From an uncultured bacterium (GTDB lineage Bacteria > Verrucomicrobiota > Verrucomicrobiia > Limisphaerales > UBA11358), in NCBI GenBank assembly GCA_963708305.1, contig CAVPSH010000001.1:864191-928190 (forward strand): a DNA stretch of 64,000 bases, given 5' to 3'. The position numbers and the translations under genes are program-made. Under the pieces are notes generated by a model. That model made no database searches. It was not told where the DNA came from and saw only the letters and a list, made by a program, of their open reading frames with translations. This document shows, in pieces, positions 19,083 to 26,968 of this stretch (position 1 is the first letter of the stretch; each line of letters begins with the position of its first letter).

Positions 19083-20237
19083 TTATCTTGTCCACTTTGC
19101 GGGCCAGACATAAGTTCCAGGTTTGATGGTTAATAATGTGGGTTTACTGCCTTCCACCGCCAGCGTTGCCACACCGGGGGCGAGTTCACGCTGAACCGTC
19201 AGCCGTGCCCAGCCCATGCACCGCACCAACTCCGCCGAGGTCGCACCGCCCTCGGCAAACACTTTGGCAATCCGCACCTGCCGCAACACCGACTCGGCAA
19301 TCCGCACCACAAAGTGTGACAGCCCCCGCGCGATGACGAGGTCGCGCACCATGGGCAATCCCACATTCAGGATGACCCGCGGATGTGAATCAAATGCCGC
19401 CATGACCCGCTGGGTGATGGCTGCCGCAGCCGGGGCCGATAGTTCCGCTCCCCAAATCATTTCCTGCGGCAGGGAAAACACCGGTATTTTACACCGTCGC
19501 GCCACGTTTATAAATTTACGGGCCGATTCAGTGGACGTGCCGCAGACAAACAACTCGCGCCCCGGCGCTGGTTCCGGCAACAGGTCATTTCCGGCCCGCA
19601 CCGGAAAGTGTTCCGTGTCCAGCAGCGCACCGAAAAATTCCGACCCGCCCGCCGGCAGCATCCCCGCTTTGGGATACGCAGCCCAATCCTGCACATCTTC
19701 CGGCGTTGCCGCTTCGCCGACCACGATGGTGTTGTCCGACAGCGTATGGTCACCGTTGGACATGCGGATCAAAAATTTCTCCGGCAGCTTCAGCAACCGC
19801 AACACCTGGGACGTGCGGCGTGGATATTCCGGGTCATGCGCGAACTCCGTTCGATGGATCAACTTGCCGCGTACAACATATTGGCCATCGCGGATCACGC
19901 GGCCCAGGGAGGGATTGGCGGGCAGCAGCAAGGCGCGGTTTAATTGGAGTTGTTTCATGGCCGCCTCTACTTCGGCGGTAACCTGCCCGCGCAGAACGGA
20001 ATCCACCTTTTTGTAAATCCATTGCGCGCCGGCCTCGCATAACAACTTCGCCGCCGCCGCCGCGCGTTTCCCGGCTTCGTCCGGGGTGCACGACCGTGAA
20101 TCGGTGTCCACGCAGACCACCTCCGCCCGGCCGCTCGGTTTGCCGCGTTGAACAATCTCCGCGCTCAAACCATGCCGCAATCCCACCGCGCCGATTTCGG
20201 CGGCGCCCGTCAAATCGTCTGCAATGACGCCAATCAT
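19083..20237 (-). CDS. DUF1537 four-carbon acid-sugar kinase family protein
   Basis: The ATG at 20237 gives MIGVIADDLTGAAEIG, the family N-terminal motif. It has the two-domain length and lies immediately downstream of a PdxA-family gene. Confidence 0.85.
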   Translation of the reverse strand: MIGVIADDLTGAAEIGAVGLRHGLSAEIVQRGKPSGRAEVVCVDTDSRSCTPDEAGKRAAAAAKLLCEAGAQWIYKKVDSVLRGQVTAEVEAAMKQLQLNRALLLPANPSLGRVIRDGQYVVRGKLIHRTEFAHDPEYPRRTSQVLRLLKLPEKFLIRMSNGDHTLSDNTIVVGEAATPEDVQDWAAYPKAGMLPAGGSEFFGALLDTEHFPVRAGNDLLPEPAPGRELFVCGTSTESARKFINVARRCKIPVFSLPQEMIWGAELSAPAAAAITQRVMAAFDSHPRVILNVGLPMVRDLVIARGLSHFVVRIAESVLRQVRIAKVFAEGGATSAELVRCMGWARLTVQRELAPGVATLAVEGSKPTLLTIKPGTYVWPAKWTR

Positions 20238-20238
20238 G

Positions 20239-21318
20239 CTAAATTGCCATTTGCGATTCAGGGGATGCGCGGCAACCCCCATTCCGCGAGTCAATCCTGA
20301 ATCGTGAACTCTGTTTTTTTTCCCGTGCCAGTTCCGCTGCCACACGAATGGCCGAAAACAAACTTGTTGGATCAGCCTTTCCCTGCCAGGCGATGTCAAA
20401 GGCCGTGCCGTGATCGACCGACGTACGGATGATCGGCAGGCCAAGGGTGATGTTTACCCCGGTGTCAAACGCCAGCATCTTGAAGGGAATGTGTCCCTGG
20501 TCATGATAAAGCGTGACGATGGCATCATATTTCCGACGCTGGGCCAGAGTGAACGCCGCATCCGGAACGAGGGGTCCCATCACGTCAATCCCCCGTCGGC
20601 AGGCCTGCGCCACCGCCGGCTCGACGAAATTTTCCTCCTCGTGATTACCGAACAGTCCATGCTCGCCGGCATGCGGGTTCAAGCCGCAGACGCCGAGGCG
20701 CGGCGCCCGGCGCAACATCCGGCACATTGCCTCCGCCGTCAGTTCAATAACATCCAAAATTCGTCGGGCGGAGAGCTTTTGGGGAACGTCGGCATAACCG
20801 ATATGGGTGGTGACCATGCTGACGGTCAGCTTGTCCGAAGAAAGCATCATGCAACTGCGTCTCGATTTTGTGAGTGCGGAGAAGATTTCGGTGTGACCGG
20901 GAAATTTGACGCCGGCCAGATGCAACGATTCCTTGTGGATCGGTGCGGTGACGATGCCGTCAATTTTCCCGGTCTGGGCGGCCCGAATGGCGTTTTCAAC
21001 GTAACGATAGCTGGCGCGGCCGCAGGCGGCGGAAATTTTTCCCGGCATGACCTCCGCCGCGTCAATCGCCGCACAATCCACAATGAGCGGCCGGGTGATG
21101 CGGGAGATATTTGCCAGTTCGGATACAGAAATCGTCCGGCATTTTACGAGCGGGGTGCCGGTTATCCGCCTCACTTGCTCCAGAACCGCCGCATCACCGA
21201 ACAACACCGGCACGCTGTGCTCCAGTACGCCGGATTCGCGCAGAGCGCGCGAACAGATTTCCGGTCCGATGCCTGCCGGATCGCCCAACGTAAGGCCGAG
21301 AACAGGTTTGGCACTCAT
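20239..21318 (-). CDS. PdxA-family NAD-dependent (decarboxylating) dehydrogenase (PdxA2/ApnO-like)
   Basis: LGLTLGDPAGIGPEI..., GHTEIF and NPHAGEHGLFG are PdxA-family hallmarks. Confidence 0.9.
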   Translation of the reverse strand: MSAKPVLGLTLGDPAGIGPEICSRALRESGVLEHSVPVLFGDAAVLEQVRRITGTPLVKCRTISVSELANISRITRPLIVDCAAIDAAEVMPGKISAACGRASYRYVENAIRAAQTGKIDGIVTAPIHKESLHLAGVKFPGHTEIFSALTKSRRSCMMLSSDKLTVSMVTTHIGYADVPQKLSARRILDVIELTAEAMCRMLRRAPRLGVCGLNPHAGEHGLFGNHEEENFVEPAVAQACRRGIDVMGPLVPDAAFTLAQRRKYDAIVTLYHDQGHIPFKMLAFDTGVNITLGLPIIRTSVDHGTAFDIAWQGKADPTSLFSAIRVAAELAREKKQSSRFRIDSRNGGCRASPESQMAI

Positions 21319-22226
21319 GTTTGTCCGTTCAACAAATGCAGCCGTTCCATTTCGTTGCGGAGCTTTTCCAGTTGCAGTTCCGTCAACGGCTTCAACGGCG
21401 GCAAAACGTGCGGCGTGCAGAGCCCGCGAAGGTGCAGCGCGCCTTTCAAAACGGAAAGCGATTCATTGAGCGTCCGGCCATTTTGATAAAGCGCGGTGAC
21501 GGCATTCATACGCGAATAAGAAGTTTGGGCTGCGGACCAATCGCCGCTTCGGGCGGTGGCACAAAGGTTCCGGCACACGTCCGGAATCAAATTGCCGACG
21601 CTTGGAACAATTCCATCCGCGCCGAGACGCAAGCCGCTTTCCATCAGCGCGCCCACGCCCACGAACACTGAAAAATCAGGTTTGCCGCCGAGACGCCGGA
21701 GCAATTCCTCCAGCCGCTTCGGGTTATTCTCTGAATCCTTGATGCCGGCCAGCCGCGGATGTCCCGCCAGGTTTTCAATCACGTCCAGGGGAATGGAAAC
21801 TTTCGTCGTCATCGGCATGTTGTAGAGCAGCAATGGCCCGTCCAATCCGTCCAAAAGAGCTTGAAACCACGGGCCCACATCCCCGGCGGGAATTGATACC
21901 GGCGGGCGCGACACAACCGCATCAACACCGGCCTGTAAATAGTCATTACCCGCTATGATTTCCCCGGGATGTGCATCACCAATGCCGGCAAAAACCCTGG
22001 CCCTGCCTTTCACGCGAGCGACCGTCCGCTCCACCAGCCGACGCCGATGGGGACGTGGAATGGCCGTGCCTTCGCCAGTCGTGCCCATGACGAATATCCC
22101 ATCCACACCGCCCGCCAGCAGAGAGTCCACGAGCCGATCCACCGCCGGCTCATCCAGCCGGCCGTCCTCCATCACCGGTGTGATCATCGGCACCACGACG
22201 CCGCCATGTTTCAACCCCGTTTTCAT
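21315..22226 (-). CDS. DapA/N-acetylneuraminate-lyase family class I aldolase
   Basis: VVPMITPV...VDGIFVMGTTGEG carries the GTTGE motif. The length is about 300 aa. It is translationally coupled on both sides. Confidence 0.85.
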   Translation of the reverse strand: MKTGLKHGGVVVPMITPVMEDGRLDEPAVDRLVDSLLAGGVDGIFVMGTTGEGTAIPRPHRRRLVERTVARVKGRARVFAGIGDAHPGEIIAGNDYLQAGVDAVVSRPPVSIPAGDVGPWFQALLDGLDGPLLLYNMPMTTKVSIPLDVIENLAGHPRLAGIKDSENNPKRLEELLRRLGGKPDFSVFVGVGALMESGLRLGADGIVPSVGNLIPDVCRNLCATARSGDWSAAQTSYSRMNAVTALYQNGRTLNESLSVLKGALHLRGLCTPHVLPPLKPLTELQLEKLRNEMERLHLLNGQT

Positions 22227-23372
22227 TTAAAAAGTTGCTTCATAAATCCGGACCGCATCCGCCTCCGTCAACGGACGCAAATTGTTATTCAACAGGCGGG
22301 TCACCTGCATCGCAGACCTGGCCAGGGCGGGAATTGCGGTGCGCGGGACGTCCAATTCCGAAAGTTTTTGCGGCACGCCGCAATGGCGCGAAAGTGCACT
22401 CAAAAACTCCACGCCCTGTTCGGCGGTGGACAGGTTCGAACCGTTGCCGGCAACTCCCAGCGCCCGGGAAACTTCCGCGTAACGTCCCGGCGCGGCGGAA
22501 GAATTGAAGCGCAAAACGTGAGGCAGCAAAACCGCGTTGGACACGCCGTGCGCGACATGGAACCGTCCGCCCAGCGGATACGAAAGTGCATGCACGGCCG
22601 CCGTATTCACCGGACCGAGACACAACCCGCCATAAAGGCTGCCCAACGCCAGTGCGGCGCGGGCTTCAACGTCACCGCCGTTGCGTACGGCGCGGAGCAG
22701 GTTGGCGGAAATCAGTTTCATCCCTTGCAGCGCGCAGACATCCACGATGGGATGCGCGAATTTGTTGGCATAAGCTTCGATGCAATGGGTGAGCGCGTCG
22801 AACCCCGTGGCCGCGGTGACATCGGGCGGCACGGAAAGCGTGAGGAGCGGATCAATGAACGCGGCATCCGGAACAAGATGCGGGCTGACCACGCCTTTTT
22901 TCAGTTCCTCCGCCTCATCGAGCAAAATGGCGTTGGGCGAGACTTCCGCGCCCGTTCCGGCGGTAGTCGGCAGACAGACCAGCGGCAATTCGCGGCCTTC
23001 CAGCAAATTGATTCCAAACACTTCCCTCACGGTTTGCTTCCCGTCAGCGAGCGCGGCAGCCAGTTTGGCCGTGTCAATCACGCTGCCGCCGCCGATGCCG
23101 AGCACGCCATCCACTTTCTCCGCGCCCGCGACCTGCCGGATTGTCTCAAACCGGGAAAAAGTCGGCTCCGCATCCACCGCCGGCGCCGCCACCATGACCA
23201 CGCCGGATTTTTCCAACGCGTCCGTCACGGCGCCGAGCAGCGGCAAAACCGGCGAACTGGACACCAGCAACACCCGTCGGCAACCGCGCTGCGCGAGAAA
23301 TTCGGCGCATTGCGGCGCGCAGCCGTTGCCAAAGACGATGCGCGGCGGTTGCAGCAGCGTAATCGGGTTCAT
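22227..23372 (-). CDS. iron-containing (group III) alcohol dehydrogenase
   Basis: The ATG at 23372 gives MNPITLLQPPRIVFGNG. The GGGSVIDTAK motif and HxxxH-type metal ligands (..THCIEAY.., ..HALSYPLGGRFHVAHG) are present. The upstream part of ORF 22227..23651 overlaps the transporter gene. Confidence 0.85.
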   Translation of the reverse strand: MNPITLLQPPRIVFGNGCAPQCAEFLAQRGCRRVLLVSSSPVLPLLGAVTDALEKSGVVMVAAPAVDAEPTFSRFETIRQVAGAEKVDGVLGIGGGSVIDTAKLAAALADGKQTVREVFGINLLEGRELPLVCLPTTAGTGAEVSPNAILLDEAEELKKGVVSPHLVPDAAFIDPLLTLSVPPDVTAATGFDALTHCIEAYANKFAHPIVDVCALQGMKLISANLLRAVRNGGDVEARAALALGSLYGGLCLGPVNTAAVHALSYPLGGRFHVAHGVSNAVLLPHVLRFNSSAAPGRYAEVSRALGVAGNGSNLSTAEQGVEFLSALSRHCGVPQKLSELDVPRTAIPALARSAMQVTRLLNNNLRPLTEADAVRIYEATF

Positions 23373-24968
23373 GAATTCGCCTCCGCCGGCGCCGGGGAAA
23401 TGATTTTCCCCGCGCGCAACATTTTCCGTTTTTCCCGCCAGCCCTGAAATGTCCACTCGGCTCTCACGCTCGCGTCCGCCGGGAAGAACCAGCTCGCCGC
23501 GTAACCGATCACCAGCACAATAACGTGTGCGATGACCCCAATCATCACCTCCGGCCACGTGTAGTTCCAGCCGAGGTCGAGCATCTGGTTTTTGCCGCCC
23601 GTGAGCGTCGCCCACGCGGTGAAGGCGAGCGCGCAAATAATTCCAGTCCAAAGTCCCTGCCGGTTGGCCCGGCGGCTGAAAAACGCGAGCAGGAACATTC
23701 CCGCCAGGCCGGCGGAAACAATCGAGGTGGCCGCGTAGTAAAGCGCCAGCGCGCTCTCACCTTTGCGCGCGATAAACACGCCGACGCCGACGGCAATCGC
23801 GCCACAAACGGCCACGATGATTTTGCCGACGAACAACCGCTGTTGGTCCGTCGATTTCGGGCGCAGCCTGCGGTAGTAATCTTCCACGCCGACTGCGGAG
23901 AGGCAGTTCAGGTCGGACGACATCGTGGACATCGCCGCAGAAAACAGTGAAGCCATAAAAATCCCGGCGAGGCCGGCGGGAATTTTCGTCGTCAGAAAAA
24001 ACGGGAACACGCGGTCGGCGATGACCTTGCCGTGGGCGTCAAGCAGTTGCGCCGGAAACATTTCGCCGGACAACTGGTAATACGCCCACAGCAAAGTGCC
24101 GATGAGCATGAACGCGGTCCACGCCGGCACGCACAAAATCGCGCCCAGCGCCACGCCTTTGAGCGCGTCGCGGTCGGATTTGGCGACGAGGTAGCGCTGC
24201 ACGAGCGTCTGGTCGGCGGCATATTTTTGCAGATACCAGAACGCGCCGTAGAGCAGCATCACCCAGAAATTGCCGTTGGCCGAGAGGTCGAAATGAAAAC
24301 TGCCGAGGCTCATCTTGTGTTTTTCCGACGCCAGTTGCAGCGCCGCGCCCATGCCGCCGGGCATGATGGAAACCAAAACGCCGATGACAACGAGAACGCC
24401 ACAGAGCTTCACGATGCCTTGCAGCACTTCCGTCCAGATGACGGCCTCGAGTCCGCCAAAGAGTGTGTACAGAATCGTCACCAGACCCGCACCCATGATG
24501 ACCTGGTATTTGTCCCAACCGGTCATGCTGCAGATCGCGGTGGTGATGGTGAACAGGACGAAACCCATTTTGGAAAAATGTCCCGCCGAGAACGCCAGCG
24601 CGCTGTAAGCCCGCGCGCCGTAGCCAAACCGTTTCTCAAAATATTCATACGCGCTCATGCCGACGGCCTGACGGAAGAACGCAATCAACGTCGTGCCGAC
24701 GAACCAGCAACACCCCGACCGCCATGAAACCGGGCACCAGTTGGTTCCAGTCACCCTTGAATGCCGCGCCCGGATACGCGATGAAGGTGATGCTGCTGAT
24801 GATGGTGGCAAAGACCGAAAGCCCCATCGCCCAATGCGGCACCGCCCGCCGCGCGACGAAATAGGCTTCCGTTGAAGTCTGCCGCCTCGCAAACCGCAGA
24901 CCAATGGCCGCCACCGCAACGAAGTAGATGGCGATGACGATCAAATCCAATGGGCGCAGGGTATTCAT
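23369..24968 (-). pseudogene. sodium:solute symporter (SSS) family transporter, split by one frameshift
   Basis: The N-terminal piece 24645..24968 (MNTLRPLDLIVIAIYFVAVAAIG...VPGFMAVGVLL) continues in another frame in 23369..24919 (FVGTTLIAFFRQAVGMSAYEYFEKRFG...). The join is near 24704. Confidence 0.8.
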
Positions 24969-24975
24969 GATTCAG

Positions 24976-26817
24976 CTAATAACCATGCCCTCTCGTGTCG
25001 ATGTAGGTCAGCCAACTCACAAGGAACCCATTCACGAAATTACCGACATGTGTCAGTTTGCCATCTTCGCCCCATTGTTGAACCGCCCCGTCGGCAACCA
25101 GTCCGAAGAAACTCCGCTGCAAATCGCGCGCTTCGGGCTGCGTGTTCCAGGTGGATTCGACCCGCTTCCTCCCGTTCGGCCAGAACCGGCTCCAGACACT
25201 GTGATTATTTTTCAAATCGTGCGACCAGCTCCAGATTTTTTTCCCGGCCGGTGACCAGAACGTTTCCTCGCCGGCTTTGCGGCCGCTGGCATACGTCACT
25301 TCGTGTTGCTTCACTCCGTTCGCGTAAAAATCCATCTCCTGGCCGTCGAGCAAATAACGCCCATTCGGACAAATCCGCGCGCTCCATTGCGAGCGCAACC
25401 TTCCGTTCGCATAATTTTCCCGGTAGTGCCGGATGACGCCGCCACTGTCTTCCGGCGGTGTGTCACCCGCATTGGAAAAAATCCACGCTTCGTTCAACTC
25501 GTAATCCAAACACGGCTGCGTCTCGGTCGTCAAAATATGGATCACCCCATCGGGCGCCTGTCGCGCCGTGACGTAACCGAGTGTCCCGTTGGTGCCGCGG
25601 GCATGATTCGGCAATTGTACCGGCAGCGGCTTGATGTGCCAGAATGCGCCGTGGTTGGTGGAAATGGCGACGAAGCAGCCGTTGCCGAATTTCCAGCCGT
25701 CCGGCGGCAATTTATCCGCCTTGTTCAGAAATGCGTCGCTGACAAAAAACAAATTTCCGTCGGCGAGCTGGATGAGTGACGGCCGTTGCCCGCTGCCCAG
25801 CGGCGGGAACGGCGAGGCGACGCTTTTGCTCCAACTGGCGCCCCAATTGGTCGAGAAGTTTTCCGGCGACCAGCCGTTGACGCTGGAATTTTTCCCGCCG
25901 ATGGAAAGCAGATCACCTTTGTCGTCCAAAGGCACAATCACCGAGTGCCGCCCGCCGGTGCGTCCGGCCATTTCCTGCCAGTGAACCCCATCATCGGTGC
26001 TGCGCCATAAAAAACTCGTTGCCTTGTCACCGTCCATCGCGAAATAGATTGCACCGTCGGGCGCGCGGAACGCACTGGTGATCGGTTGGGGTGTAAAATC
26101 AACTGCAGGTTCATCGAGCAGAGGCAATGATAATGTCCACGTCGCCCCATCGTCGGTGGACGTCGCGATTTTAAACGGAATCCACGGCGACTGGCCCCGT
26201 CCACCGCCGAAAAACCGGATTTTATGTCCGTCGCGCCAGAGCAGGCCCGATTGGTCGTTGAGGTCTTGGGAATCCAGAAACAGCTCAGGCATATCCCATT
26301 CCTCCGCCCCGTAACGCAATCGTGCCTGAACGAAAGTGGTCGTGGTGGCGCTCTCGCTTTCGCCCGGGGGTGTGCTGAACCAGACTGCCAATGCGTCACC
26401 ATTAGGCAGAATCTCGAAGCCGGGCGAGTGATTGTGGGTGAAGACCGCCGGATCCATGCCCGTGAGGTCCGCGACATTGCTCGTTGCATTCTCCGGTGGA
26501 ACGGGCAGCGCGAAGCGCACGGTAAAATAGGGAATTTTTGGGTTCGGTCCCTGCCATGCCGGGGCCGTGTCCTGTTTTACGGCCGATTGGCAAAATGGCA
26601 GTGGCGCGTGCTCCGATGTCAGAGATAATCCAATTTCATTTGTGCCGTCGGAGACGGCGGCGTTTGTGGCCAGGGTGAATCCCGCGGCACGAACCTTGAG
26701 CGATTCCGCCTCCGAATTGACCGGCGCCGATACGGCGAGGCAAAAACTCGCCGTCAGCGTTGACCACATTGCGCAGCACATTTTCGATGACAAAATCCCG
26801 CCCCGGTTCATATTCAC
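24976..26817 (-). CDS. BNR/sialidase-like beta-propeller protein fused to C-terminal MORN/YwqK-like repeats, secreted
   Basis: It has Asp-box motifs STDDGATW, STDDGVHW and STNWGASW. The C-terminal repeats are of the form ...NGR..G.E..FY.NG... A signal peptide is present. Confidence 0.75.
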   Translation of the reverse strand: MNMNRGGILSSKMCCAMWSTLTASFCLAVSAPVNSEAESLKVRAAGFTLATNAAVSDGTNEIGLSLTSEHAPLPFCQSAVKQDTAPAWQGPNPKIPYFTVRFALPVPPENATSNVADLTGMDPAVFTHNHSPGFEILPNGDALAVWFSTPPGESESATTTTFVQARLRYGAEEWDMPELFLDSQDLNDQSGLLWRDGHKIRFFGGGRGQSPWIPFKIATSTDDGATWTLSLPLLDEPAVDFTPQPITSAFRAPDGAIYFAMDGDKATSFLWRSTDDGVHWQEMAGRTGGRHSVIVPLDDKGDLLSIGGKNSSVNGWSPENFSTNWGASWSKSVASPFPPLGSGQRPSLIQLADGNLFFVSDAFLNKADKLPPDGWKFGNGCFVAISTNHGAFWHIKPLPVQLPNHARGTNGTLGYVTARQAPDGVIHILTTETQPCLDYELNEAWIFSNAGDTPPEDSGGVIRHYRENYANGRLRSQWSARICPNGRYLLDGQEMDFYANGVKQHEVTYASGRKAGEETFWSPAGKKIWSWSHDLKNNHSVWSRFWPNGRKRVESTWNTQPEARDLQRSFFGLVADGAVQQWGEDGKLTHVGNFVNGFLVSWLTYIDTRGHGY

Positions 26818-26968
26818 CAGCGGTACAAAAACTTACCTTCAACGGGCATGATGTGTCATCCGAAAAGCGCCAAATAACTTGCCAAAATTGATAACTCATG
26901 GCAGAAAACCAACGGCACATCCTGAAACGCCCGGACGAGACGACTGGGTCAGTTCCTTTGCAAAGATG

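Noticed and set aside
21969-23447. 492-aa ORF on the plus strand
   Set aside because: It is antisense to the Fe-ADH and DapA-like genes and has a shadow-ORF composition.
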